61,685 bases of DNA, from contig CAZYTZ010000002.1 of assembly GCA_964650545.1 (NCBI GenBank), positions 1 through 61,685 on the forward strand, written 5' to 3'. The position numbers and the translations under genes are program-made. The notes under the pieces are model-generated. The model saw nothing but the letters and a program-made list of their open reading frames with translations, was not told where the DNA came from and did no database searches. The stretch comes from Candidatus Micrarchaeota archaeon (GTDB lineage Archaea; Micrarchaeota; Micrarchaeia; Anstonellales; Anstonellaceae). Below, in pieces: positions 1 to 9,182 of this stretch (its first letter is position 1; every line of letters begins with the position of its first letter).

Positions 1-148
1 GCGCTCACAATCTCCTCTGACGGGACGATAATGGAAACTGCGTGCGGGGTTTAGCCCGCCTCTTTTTTCGCGCGCAGGAAAGGCGTAAAAAGCCGAGCTC
101 CAGCGCTTTCGCTGCGCAATAAAAAAATAAAAAAAAGAAGCAGCCGGC

Positions 149-2356
149 TTATTTTGCCAGCCACGCGCCATTGACAAACGGGTACGCCGGGTCGCGGAAC
201 GCCTTCAGGCGCGCCGAGCCGTCTGCCTGGCTGTAGTAGTCCAGATAGAACGCCCCGTCGCTTATCACCAGGTTGCCGTGAGCGGCGCTCCACTCCTTGT
301 CAGCCTTCAGGCGCGCTGCCAGAACGCCGCTTTCAAGGTAGTTCTTGCCCCCAAGCGTCACCATGGGCGCGATTTGCGCCTCGGTCAGGCCATCCATTGC
401 GGAAAGCACGTCGCTTATGTGGCTTGCTTTCACCAGGCTCAAAGAAGGCAGGTCCGAGCCCGACAAATCCCCATAGGAATACTTCTTCTGGCCAAAGACC
501 ACCGAGTCGTCCGCCGCGTAAATCTCAAAGGGCGCTATTCGCTGGAATGCGCGCGCGGCAACAAGCAGGTTGCTGCCGTCAATGTCCCTCGAGTCCAGGT
601 AGGTTTCCAGCGTGTTGCCGCTGACGCGGTAGCCCGCCACGGTGTCAAGCGCATCCTTGAACCAAAGGGACGAAACCTTCTGCTTCTCAGCATTGTTCAT
701 CCTGTCGTTCGTGCTGGCAAGGGTGTAAATCACGTCTGCCCAGCCTATTGCCTGGCCGTTGTGCCAGTTCGCCCCGATGTAATTTGAGAGGTCGTATGTC
801 ACCTTGGCCGTAGCAGTTGCATTGGCAGGCGCTGCCACCCACTTCTTCCCGTCCGCGCTCCAGACAAAGGTGTCTTGCGGAACCGGTTGGGAAGCAGGGA
901 ATCTCTCTATGGCAAAGCCCCATCTGTACGGCATTTCCTCAAGCGTTTGCGGGTTGGCAATCCACGCCGAGTCGTGTATTGTGTTTTGCAGGCCCATCAT
1001 GTATATGTTTTCTATCACGACCGGGTTCCACGAGTCTGCTTCATCGTGGAGGTACGGTGCGGCTGTGGCAAGCGAGCTTTTGCCCTGCACGCTTGCCAGC
1101 CTGGCAGTGTTGTACGAGCCTATCCCGATAAAGCGGTCGTCCACAATTCCCCGGACATCCTTTCCTGCGCCATAATTGCTGTCAAGCGCAACTAGCCAAA
1201 TCCCGACCGAATCGTTGATGTAGAGCCTTGCAAGCTCATCGTTCGTGCTGTCCCATTCAGCCTCCGTGGCTGCATTGCGCAGCGTTTCTTCAGCAGCGGT
1301 TATGCTCGGGTTGCTGTACTCCCACCACCCTTCCTGGTGGTCAGGCGAAAGGAACATTGCGGACTGGTATTTTGATGCGCCATAGAAGACAGCCCCTGAC
1401 ACGTCGGCATTCCACTCCATGCCAACCGGGTCTGTCGTATACTGCGGCATGTTGTTGTAATCGTCGAATTTGGGCATGCTCACTGCAAACCCGGCCGCCC
1501 TCAGGTCGTCTGCCACCATGTCGGTAAACATCTGCTTCGTGGCTGTCGAGCTCGTGCCGTTGTATGCTGGCATGACAAGCGTGATTGGCTTGCCATTGTA
1601 TGACCAGGCATTGTTCACCATTATGATGCCTTTCTCTGCCATTGCCTCGCCAAGCAGCGCCATTCCCTTTTCCTTGTCATATGCTATCCCAAAGGAATCA
1701 ACTGCGGAAGAGATTGAATCGTAGCTCGGGTGCCCTGGCCACGGAATTGAAAGCACGGGGAACGCCTCCCCGCCATACACTTCCTGCACTATTTTGTTCC
1801 TGTCAATCAGGTAGTTGAGCGCAAAGCGCGCCTTCTGGCCTGAGAACGGATTGATGCCTGACTTTGCAGGAGCCGGATTCAGGTAAATGCCCATGAATGT
1901 TGATGTTGCAGGGTAAAGCGCAATGGCAGTGCCCGGGTTTGATTTTATATTCTGCACGTCATCCGAAGCAAGCGGCGCGAGGTAATAGTCCAGCTTTCCG
2001 CTTTCAAGCGCGGCCTTTGCCTCGCTTTGCGGCACTATGCTAATCGTGATTCCATCAGATGCCGGGCCTGTTTTCACAGGGCATTCGCCGCGGAAATACG
2101 CCCATTCCTCGCACACCACTCCGCCTGGCAAAGTGCACATGCCAACTTCGCCTGCCTCCTCAGTGATTATGGAAAGCGTGCCCCCGTTATTTATGCAGTT
2201 CACAGATGCCGGGTTGGCAAGCTGCGAGTTGTTGCCGGCGATTTGCGTGTTATTGCCTGCGGGAGGGTTATTTTGCGCAGCGCACCCCAACAAGGACAGC
2301 GAAACCACAGCAAGAAGAAGAGCAGCGAACAGGAACATTTTACCCAAACTAAACAC
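149..2356 (-). CDS. Lipoprotein-type ABC transporter substrate-binding protein (family 5, peptide/nickel type) fused to an N-terminal DUF333-like Cys-rich module
   Basis: 735-aa ORF. The signal peptide ends in a lipobox-like LLGC. NPASVNCINNGGTL...GMCTLPGGVVCEEWAYFRGECP matches the DUF333 pattern. The rest has SBP family 5-like length and composition. Confidence 0.7.
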   Translation of the reverse strand: MFSLGKMFLFAALLLAVVSLSLLGCAAQNNPPAGNNTQIAGNNSQLANPASVNCINNGGTLSIITEEAGEVGMCTLPGGVVCEEWAYFRGECPVKTGPASDGITISIVPQSEAKAALESGKLDYYLAPLASDDVQNIKSNPGTAIALYPATSTFMGIYLNPAPAKSGINPFSGQKARFALNYLIDRNKIVQEVYGGEAFPVLSIPWPGHPSYDSISSAVDSFGIAYDKEKGMALLGEAMAEKGIIMVNNAWSYNGKPITLVMPAYNGTSSTATKQMFTDMVADDLRAAGFAVSMPKFDDYNNMPQYTTDPVGMEWNADVSGAVFYGASKYQSAMFLSPDHQEGWWEYSNPSITAAEETLRNAATEAEWDSTNDELARLYINDSVGIWLVALDSNYGAGKDVRGIVDDRFIGIGSYNTARLASVQGKSSLATAAPYLHDEADSWNPVVIENIYMMGLQNTIHDSAWIANPQTLEEMPYRWGFAIERFPASQPVPQDTFVWSADGKKWVAAPANATATAKVTYDLSNYIGANWHNGQAIGWADVIYTLASTNDRMNNAEKQKVSSLWFKDALDTVAGYRVSGNTLETYLDSRDIDGSNLLVAARAFQRIAPFEIYAADDSVVFGQKKYSYGDLSGSDLPSLSLVKASHISDVLSAMDGLTEAQIAPMVTLGGKNYLESGVLAARLKADKEWSAAHGNLVISDGAFYLDYYSQADGSARLKAFRDPAYPFVNGAWLAK

Positions 2357-2422
2357 CTCGCATGCACATCACTGGCAAGCTTTAAGAATACTGCCTCTTG
2401 CATTGGGATAATCTGCAAGCGC

Positions 2423-3604
2423 CTAGGTGCTGTTCTGCGCAGGAGCCAGCGTCACAACGTTGTCAAATGCCGGCATGCCCATGCTCATGGTTTTCGGCGT
2501 GCCAAATGCGCCGTCCCAAGAGGCGTTCTTTGCAATCTGCGCTACCCAGTCCGAATTCCCTTCCCACTCATAGGACTCGAAAGCGTATGGAAGCCCCTTG
2601 CCAAAGAGCGCATCCATGCTTGTTGCTACATGGAAATGCAAATGCGGTGCGTCCGAGTTGCCTGAGTTGCCAAGCAAGCCAAGCACGTCTCCGGTTTTCA
2701 CCTTGTCGCCGATTTTCACCCTCAGGCTGCCAGGTATCATGTGTGCGTAGAACGCATAGGTGCCATTGGCAATTTCCTGCATCACAAAATTCCCGCCTCC
2801 ATGCGTGACGGTAAATGGCGGCGAAGGGGTCCAAGGCACATTCTCAGGGATCTCGTCCTTGGTGTCCACGATTTCGCCGTCAGCAACAGCGTGTATTTCC
2901 TGCCCATAGCAGTAAAAGTCCTCGTTCGTTGCAGCATCAGTTTTGTATATCTTGCCGTTTTCGCCATATTTTATCCAGTCAATCGCATAGCGCTGCGAAA
3001 CGCCTGTGCTTCCCGCGCATGTGATTATCGCTTTTCGGTGGTGGTTGAAGTTGGACGGCGCCTCTGCAGCCAGCCAGCCGTTTCCGTAAAGCGGCGGCGA
3101 AATGACAATGGGTGCGGCGTAGTTAATCTCCGCCTTCGCCCCCTCAAGCGCTGGCTGCCCTTCAAAGTACAGTTTGTGCGAAATTGCAACAGGCCTGTCG
3201 CCATCCTTAAGCTCCACCCACATGTAAACAGCGTAATCATTCACGCCGTTTACCGGCGCGCGCAGCGACTCGTTCAGCTCCGCGCCCTCAATCGCCTTGA
3301 GCACGCGCGAGCCATCCAGCGCTTCCACCTTGTACAAGCCGTCTGCCGACCTGTTCGCAAGGTAAATCTCATAGAAAAGCACATTCTTTCCGCCAATCAC
3401 AGCATATTGCGGCGCATGAATGACGTACAAATTCCCGGTGGCCGCAGAAGCGGCGGCAGGCTCAGAGGGGGGAACAGCCTGCGCACCCACGGGCGGCGCA
3501 GGAACAGGCGGCACGCCAGGTGCCTTCGGCGACGCGCAGCCGAAAATCAGCATTCCAAAAACCAAACTGACAATCACTAATCCAAAAACGCGAGACATAC
3601 CCAA
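2423..3604 (-). CDS. M23 family metallopeptidase (lysostaphin/LytM-like), lipoprotein-type signal
   Basis: 393-aa ORF. The signal peptide has a lipobox-like IFGC. The C-terminal motif GDVLGLLGNSGNSDAPHLHFHV is the M23 HxH signature, with an upstream YAHM His. Confidence 0.8.
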   Translation of the reverse strand: MGMSRVFGLVIVSLVFGMLIFGCASPKAPGVPPVPAPPVGAQAVPPSEPAAASAATGNLYVIHAPQYAVIGGKNVLFYEIYLANRSADGLYKVEALDGSRVLKAIEGAELNESLRAPVNGVNDYAVYMWVELKDGDRPVAISHKLYFEGQPALEGAKAEINYAAPIVISPPLYGNGWLAAEAPSNFNHHRKAIITCAGSTGVSQRYAIDWIKYGENGKIYKTDAATNEDFYCYGQEIHAVADGEIVDTKDEIPENVPWTPSPPFTVTHGGGNFVMQEIANGTYAFYAHMIPGSLRVKIGDKVKTGDVLGLLGNSGNSDAPHLHFHVATSMDALFGKGLPYAFESYEWEGNSDWVAQIAKNASWDGAFGTPKTMSMGMPAFDNVVTLAPAQNST

Positions 3605-3663
3605 CCTCCAGGGGCAAATGCTCGCACAAGCTCTATAAATGATGCTGGCTGGCTTGCGCGCCC

Positions 3664-4344
3664 CTAATCCCTTGCAATCAGCTGCCCTTCCACCCTGAAC
3701 GCTTCCATTGCCGCATAATCCCCTGCTCCGTACAGGCGCATGAGCGCAGCCGTGGCAGCATTCCTCATTTCCGCCATCTGCCAGAATTCACCCGTCATGT
3801 GCCCTGGCTGGGGCGCCTTGTCCTTCTGCGACTCGTGCCTGAAAATCCCCTTCCTTTTTAGGAGCACCTGCTCAGGAGTGAGCGGCACCAGCACATCTGC
3901 CTTCGACGGATGGTATTCCGACCATGCGCCGCTGTAAAGCCAAAGCTGCGGCATCCTTTCAACATAAACTTCCAGCGCCTGCCTGATTGCTGACAGGCAC
4001 TGCCTGTGCGTGCCATTCGGATCGGTAAGGTCGCCTGCTGCAAACACAATGTCAGGCCTGAACTGCATCAGCTTCTCAAGCACAAGCCCCACGTCTGCTT
4101 CCCCCACCTCAAGTTTCCTTGCCGTGCCTGTCTGGTAAAATGGCATGTTCAAAAACGAGTATCCCCTCACGCCAACCAATTCGCAGCAGGAGATTGCCTC
4201 GATTTCCCTTATCATCCTCTTTATCGCAAGCACTTCAGGTGAGTCGGGCATGCCGAATCTTTCCTTTTCCTTCCTGTCCAAAAATTCGACTCCTCTGGAA
4301 AATACATTGCACAATTCGGAAGCATTGGCAGCGGGGACGGCCAA
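3664..4344 (-). pseudogene. Truncated LmbE/PIG-L-like deacetylase-fold fragment (resembles the C-terminal half of long NagB-II-type proteins)
   Basis: The motif PDIVFAAGDLTDPNGTHRQC lies in a 226-aa ORF that lacks the N-terminal half of the fold. Its annotated 5' end overlaps an opposite-strand NHL-repeat fragment, so the N-terminus is probably not genuine. Confidence 0.4.
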
Positions 4345-4449
4345 TTCTATAACCCGAACGGCATTGCAGCTGGCTCAAATGGGAATGTGTATGTTGCTGA
4401 CAGCGGCAACTTCCGCATCAAAATATTCAATTCTTCCGGAACTAGGCAG
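4243..4449 (+). pseudogene. NHL-repeat protein fragment (no start codon)
   Basis: My own translation of the open frame gives KFDSSGKYIAQFGSIGSGDGQFYNPNGIAAGSNGNVYVADSGNFRIKIFNSSGTRQ*. This is a textbook NHL repeat pattern, about 1.5 repeats only. The frame opens after a TGA at 4240-4242. Confidence 0.5.
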
Positions 4450-4698
4450 TGACGCGCGTCCAATTCCGGCCACAGCCAGGCAACTTCCACTAACTGCGGA
4501 AACTCCGTGGTGCTCTTCGGCCTTTGCATTCCCGGCTTTGGAAGCCGAGGGTGCTGAGAATGAGGCATCCAATCAGTGGCGGGCGCGAATATAGTGTTGG
4601 GCAGGGTCCGCTAGGCACTGGGAGCAACTATGGGCAGGGGTTGCTGCGAAAAGGGCATGTCAGAAACGGAAGGCAGATGTGCCTCTTTATTTTATAGT

Positions 4699-4890
4699 TC
4701 ACGCTTTCGCTTTCTTTTTGTATAAATAGGCTAATGCACTTGTCACCCAAGCAATTACCAATCCAATCCCAATTCCCCGAAGGTACATGCTGTCTGCAAG
4801 ATGCCCCGCTAAAAAGAATATCACACTTAGAACAAACTCAAATAATATGAGCGCCGTGCCCAGCCGTTTCAAAATGCTTTTTCTCTCCAT
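4699..4890 (-). CDS. Small two-TM membrane protein (hypothetical)
   Basis: Internal Met of the 135-aa ORF: MERKSILKRLGTALILFEFVLSVIFFLAG...VIAWVTSALAYLYKKKAKA. It has two hydrophobic helices and a basic tail. Confidence 0.3.
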   Translation of the reverse strand: MERKSILKRLGTALILFEFVLSVIFFLAGHLADSMYLRGIGIGLVIAWVTSALAYLYKKKAKA

Positions 4891-5062
4891 ATTTTTCACC
4901 TTTATTCCTCTCGTTTCATCAAGCATAAACCCGCTCAGCATATATGCCCCCAAAACTGTAAAAAGCCCCTGTTCTTCGTGGGTAAAAGAGACGCGGAAGG
5001 CAGCTCCTAGAAGAGTGTGTAGGAAAGGAGACGGGGGAGTTTGGGGTTTGACGAGGGATAAT

Positions 5063-5308
5063 ATGAAAATGGTTTTGTACGTGGACGATTCCGAATTGAG
5101 CGGCAAGGGATTTCCTTAAAAACGAGCAGTTGGTGTTCGAGGAAGTGAATGTGAAACGCTGGCAGGCGTTAGCCGGCTGCTGAAATGAACGTATCAGCAG
5201 GGCGTTCCAGCATGGGAGGTTATCCGTTCGCACGGTGTCGGGGTGCTGGCTGCTTTTGAGGAAGAATACTGGCGCGGGCAGCTGGACTTGATGCTGCCGC
5301 GCAAGTAA
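5063..5308 (+). pseudogene. Decayed glutaredoxin/NrdH-like gene (frameshifted, CxxC lost)
   Basis: Pieces in three frames read MKMVLYVDDSELSGKGF / FLKNEQLVFEEVNVKRW / VIRSHGVGVLAAFEEEYWRGQLDLMLPRK*. They follow the Grx pattern (K-x-V-x-Y ... F-E-E-V/I-D/N-V ... G-x-L-D-x-L-L). An SD-like GAGGG precedes the ATG. Confidence 0.4.
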
Positions 5309-5419
5309 AAACAATAGCCGCGGAAAGGGGAGGCACAAGCGCCAAGCCGGAAGCGACAAGCTCACAATCATTATCCATGATCCAAATCCCAACTCGGCAT
5401 GGTTGCCATTTGTAGGCGA

Positions 5420-5494
5420 GGCGCGTTCAGCATTGAGCGACGCATCGCTCAATGTCTGATGCATTTTGCTTGCGCAAAATGCACATGCCGCGCC
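5420..5494. repeat. Three-way-junction palindromic element, copy A
   Basis: An outer stem (ggcgcg 5420-5425 / cgcgcc 5489-5494) encloses two hairpins. One is cattgagcga-cgca-tcgctcaatg (5431-5454). The other is tgcattttgc-ttgc-gcaaaatgca (5460-5483). They are joined by a tctga linker. A homologous inverted copy lies at 61265-61334. Confidence 0.6.
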
Positions 5495-5551
5495 CCTCTC
5501 CCCGTTCCGCGGTCCCGAATGCCGAACAGTTTCCAATTCGGCAGGCGAGTA

Positions 5552-6034
5552 CTATTCTGCAACATCCGCCTTCCAATTCCAGGCAGAAAGGAAAGCGTCC
5601 ATCCTGACTTTTTTTGCTTCAAGATCGTTTATTGTCTTCAGAAGCTCGCGCTGGGGCACCTGGAATTCGTAGTTTGCGGTGTCATCATCGCGCATCCATC
5701 TATCTTTTTCCCTATACTCTTCCTTGAGCTTTTGCAGGCAGGCAAGTTCGCTTCTCATGTCAGCTACATGGTGGATAGCCTCGGCAATGCTCATCCTTCC
5801 TTCCGGTGCGTCAATGAAGCGCGTGTGATTGGCATTTTCAATCCTCATCTTGAGCTTCCTGATTTCCGCAATGAGCTTCGCAATCTCCGCATTCAAATTC
5901 TCAAACTTTTCCGCAGGCTTCTTTCCGCCCTGCCGAAACTTGAACGAATTCTCGCGAAGCTCCTGTAGCCTCACAAGCTCGGAGCGTTTTGCCTTCAGCT
6001 CCAAAAGCGCCTCTCCAAGATTCATTTCCACCAC
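5552..6034 (-). CDS. DIP1984-family (septicolysin-like) coiled-coil protein
   Basis: 160 aa. LGEALLELKAKRSELVRLQELR..., ENANHTRFI..., AEAIHHVADMRSEL... and the C-terminal WNWKADV follow the DIP1984 family layout. Confidence 0.55.
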   Translation of the reverse strand: MVEMNLGEALLELKAKRSELVRLQELRENSFKFRQGGKKPAEKFENLNAEIAKLIAEIRKLKMRIENANHTRFIDAPEGRMSIAEAIHHVADMRSELACLQKLKEEYREKDRWMRDDDTANYEFQVPQRELLKTINDLEAKKVRMDAFLSAWNWKADVAE

Positions 6035-6164
6035 CTCATGCAGGTGTTGGAATTTCCCTCCTTATAAACGCTCACAGACGGTACCATGCCGGTGCGATGA
6101 ACATAAACAGCGACAACTCGCACCGCTGGTGCGAGAAATACAAAATGCAGCAAGCCGCTGGTGT

Positions 6165-7667
6165 TCAAATGAAAAGCAGCAAAAGCGAAACAGGGATTGC
6201 GGGGTGCTTTCCGCCTATTTGGAGGTGGTTTTTGGTTGCAAGGATGCCTCTCGGGTGCTTTTGGATGTTGCGGAAGTCCTGCCCCTGTATGGTGTTCTGG
6301 TACTTCACTTCAACAGGCAGCAGCCCATCCGGCAAGCGCGCAAGAAAATCGATTGTCTCCCCCTTTGCATTGCGGGTGTAGAAAACAGAGCCCGCCTGGT
6401 CGAATAAATCGGATGGCGCAAGGTTGTAGCAGAGCCTGGAAAGATGGTCCCCTATGACCTGCTCGACGGCAAGCCCCTTGTTCTCGCTGGAGGAAAGCCA
6501 TTCCTGCGAGGATTTGAAGTAGTCCCCCGCAGGATTTTCAAGATAGGAACGGAAGGCGTGGAAAAAGAAGGGGTTTGGCAGCTGGATTTTCTTTTCAGAG
6601 CGGTGCTTTGGGCGGTTTTTGCTTTCGTCGTATGAATCATAGACATTGAGGATGAACAGCGTCTGGAGCGCCTCAGTATAGTCCATAACCGTAACAGAGG
6701 TCGGGATTCCGGATTCCTTTGCCAAGCGGGCCCAGCCAACCGGCCCGCCGCGGTGATTAAGCACCGATAGAAGGACCTTTTTGGCGGTGATTTCGCTCCT
6801 GTTCAGCCTGGCAAGGTCGCCAAAAAAGAGCTGGAGATAGTTCTCGTATACGTGCGAGTCTATCTTTTGCCTTGTCACATATTGGTTCAGGGCGCTCATT
6901 ACTCCGCCTGTGAGAAGGTATTCGTCAAATAATGCATCAGCTTCGCCTTTCAATGGCAAAAGGGGATCAAGCATTTTGTTCGCGTCAGTTGAAAAAAGGC
7001 TGTTAAACGCAATTTTCCTTTTGGCAGAGTCTGTTATGCCAAGCTCATCCAATCTTTGCTTGAGGCTCTCAGAGCGCAATGCCGCATATTCAGAGAACTT
7101 CATGGGCATGAGAATCTTGTGGCTTTGCCCACGGTATGTCTCGCCTTTCCTGCCGCCAAGCCTTTCAGGTGCGTGTTTGAGGTCCCAGCACGAAGAACCT
7201 GTGAAAATGAATGTTTTGTTCGTTAGGGAGCGCCGGTCAACCACTCCCTTGTATGCCACTTCCCATTCCTTTACCCTTGAAATTTCATCCAGAATGATTA
7301 GCTTGCGGTCAGTGCTTATCCGTTCGGACCAATCAAGGTAAGTGTCAATCATTGAGACAAGCTCGGCAGCAGAATTCACCATGTCGCAGGCATAGTAGAA
7401 GATATTCTCCGGTTTCCGTGCCTTAAGCTCGTCTCGAACCATCATCTTCATCAGAGTTGTCTTGCCAACCTGCCGCGGCCCCCGAACGCTGTAAAATGCA
7501 TCCGCTGAAAGGTCGATGTATTTGAGCAGGCGCGGCTTCCATTTGATGTAGGCCCTTTCAAGTTCAACTATCTTTGGATCCTGGCTTATGGCATTCTTAT
7601 CCGCCCACCAAGGATTCTGCTTTGCAAGAGTTTCGATGTTCATGTCCAAAACCTTTTGACATATCAT
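6165..7667 (-). CDS. AAA+ ATPase (AAA_14 plus DUF4143 architecture)
   Basis: 500 aa. It has an N-terminal NPWW motif, Walker A GPRQVGKTT, Walker B IILDEI, and a C-terminal DUF4143-like region. The start may be the internal ATG at 7643 (MNIETLAKQNPWW). Confidence 0.85.
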   Translation of the reverse strand: MICQKVLDMNIETLAKQNPWWADKNAISQDPKIVELERAYIKWKPRLLKYIDLSADAFYSVRGPRQVGKTTLMKMMVRDELKARKPENIFYYACDMVNSAAELVSMIDTYLDWSERISTDRKLIILDEISRVKEWEVAYKGVVDRRSLTNKTFIFTGSSCWDLKHAPERLGGRKGETYRGQSHKILMPMKFSEYAALRSESLKQRLDELGITDSAKRKIAFNSLFSTDANKMLDPLLPLKGEADALFDEYLLTGGVMSALNQYVTRQKIDSHVYENYLQLFFGDLARLNRSEITAKKVLLSVLNHRGGPVGWARLAKESGIPTSVTVMDYTEALQTLFILNVYDSYDESKNRPKHRSEKKIQLPNPFFFHAFRSYLENPAGDYFKSSQEWLSSSENKGLAVEQVIGDHLSRLCYNLAPSDLFDQAGSVFYTRNAKGETIDFLARLPDGLLPVEVKYQNTIQGQDFRNIQKHPRGILATKNHLQIGGKHPAIPVSLLLLFI

Positions 7668-7822
7668 GATATACTTAAACCATTCATTTTGACATAGTCT
7701 GATATATTAAAAACAGATAACTATATAAAGCTTAGTGTAGAATTTTGCATTGCCCTATTGTGCTTTAGCCCGCCCTCCGGCTCGTTTTCCTGCCGCTTTC
7801 TTCCTTCTCGCCCGCAGGCGCC

Positions 7823-9181
7823 TCATATCTCCATCTTCCTCTCTTTTTCAGGGATCATGACGTTTGCGTGGAAATTCCTGAAATCCCCGGCTTTCTGCGT
7901 ATGCATGGGAATCAGCACCTTTGGCTTGACAATTTTCACAATTTCCTCCAAATCCTGCCTGCTGGCGTGCCCTGAGCAGTGCACCTTGTGGAATTTCACT
8001 CCGAAGTGCCCCATCCAGTTGTCCAGCACCTTTTTTTGCTCCTTGTTCTCCTCACCCTCTAAGAAGTGCTCGGACTGCGAGTATATGTAATCCGCCTTCC
8101 TGGGCTGTATGTAGACCAGCTCCATGAGCTTGTAGAAGGTTATGTGCATGACGAACTTCTTCTGCACCCTTCCAATCTCCCTGTAGGTTATCTTCTTGCC
8201 CCAATACGCCCTTTCCCAGGGAGCATAGTCCATTGGGCCAAATTCGCAGCTTTTTGCCAGCCTGTAGTAGACAAGGATGTTCGGGTCCTTCCTGACATCC
8301 GGCAGGCCGCCTATCTTGTCCTTCAGGTTGTCCAGGATGTAGGCGAATTTGGTGTCCACCACTAGTTTTCTCCTGTTTTTGACGGCTGCGCGATAGAAGG
8401 ACATGAAACGGTCGACATTTGACATGGAAAAGTTGGCAAAAACAACGCCCTTTGACTTGCGGATGACCTCCTCTACCTTGGCCTCGACCTCCTCTTCCGT
8501 GTAATTGTGCTCCTCGTCGCCACCCATCCTGGTCCCCTCGCAAAGCATTGCATATGGCCTGGCTGCGGCAGCCTTTGCCAAAAACTCCTTAGTTATGGCG
8601 CTTTTCGGACCGTGCAGCCTCAGGTCGCCGGTGTAGACAAGCGCGCCCTTGCTGGTGCGCACAATAAAGCCATAGGCGCCCGGGATTGAGTGCTCCACGT
8701 GTATTGGCTGGATTTCCAGGTGCTTGACCTTTATCCTGTCCCCGGACTTGAAGAAGCGCAGGTTTTCATGCTCGCCTATGCCGCACAGGCTGGGGTAGAG
8801 CTTGGAGTATATCTCGATTATCCTGTGCGTGCCGTGCCCCATGTAGACAGGTATTGATTCGTCCAGGAAGGAAAGGTGGCCGGTGTGGTCCGAGTGCGAA
8901 TGGGAGACGAAGACCGCGTCCACGTTTGGCTTTTCGTGCTTCAGGTCGGTGAATTCCAGCATCGCCTTGCTGTAGAGCCCCTTCACGCGCGGCAGCATGC
9001 CGAACTCGAAATAGACCTCCAGCCCGTTTGCCGAGCGCGGCGAGAGGAACTCGTAGAAAAACTCGTCGCCAAAGTCAAAGCTCTCGCCGAAATCAAGGTA
9101 TATGCGCGCGCCCTTGTCTTCCAGCAGTATCTTGTTGCCGCCGATTTCGTTCGCGCCGCCGTAGAATGTTAAGGAGACCAT
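7823..9181 (-). CDS. rnj: Beta-CASP MBL-fold ribonuclease (archaeal RNase J / aCPSF2-like)
   Basis: MVSLTFYGGANEIGGNKILLEDKG..., HSHSDHTGH motif, roughly 450-aa beta-CASP length. I prefer the start at 9181 (MVSL), one nt after the upstream ORF's stop. The ORF track extends to 9208. Confidence 0.85.
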   Translation of the reverse strand: MVSLTFYGGANEIGGNKILLEDKGARIYLDFGESFDFGDEFFYEFLSPRSANGLEVYFEFGMLPRVKGLYSKAMLEFTDLKHEKPNVDAVFVSHSHSDHTGHLSFLDESIPVYMGHGTHRIIEIYSKLYPSLCGIGEHENLRFFKSGDRIKVKHLEIQPIHVEHSIPGAYGFIVRTSKGALVYTGDLRLHGPKSAITKEFLAKAAAARPYAMLCEGTRMGGDEEHNYTEEEVEAKVEEVIRKSKGVVFANFSMSNVDRFMSFYRAAVKNRRKLVVDTKFAYILDNLKDKIGGLPDVRKDPNILVYYRLAKSCEFGPMDYAPWERAYWGKKITYREIGRVQKKFVMHITFYKLMELVYIQPRKADYIYSQSEHFLEGEENKEQKKVLDNWMGHFGVKFHKVHCSGHASRQDLEEIVKIVKPKVLIPMHTQKAGDFRNFHANVMIPEKERKMEI

Positions 9182-9182
9182 A

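Noticed and set aside
1-54. Possible 3' end of a plus-strand gene at the window start (…ISSDGTIMETACGV*)
   Set aside because: Only 17 codons are visible and there is no recognisable motif, so it cannot be supported.
5451-5465. CTGATG in the linker of the structured repeat, considered as C/D-box sRNA motifs
   Set aside because: Only an overlapping CTGA/TGATG is present. There is no properly spaced C, D', C', D arrangement or guide regions, and the flanking perfect 10-bp hairpins are not C/D sRNA-like.
4919-5968. Long ORFs 4919-5536 (-) and 5399-5968 (+)
   Set aside because: They run across the decay zone and antisense to the DIP1984-like gene. The sequences are low-complexity and Arg/Cys/Pro-rich. 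The region is better explained by the glutaredoxin-like remnants and the structured repeat.
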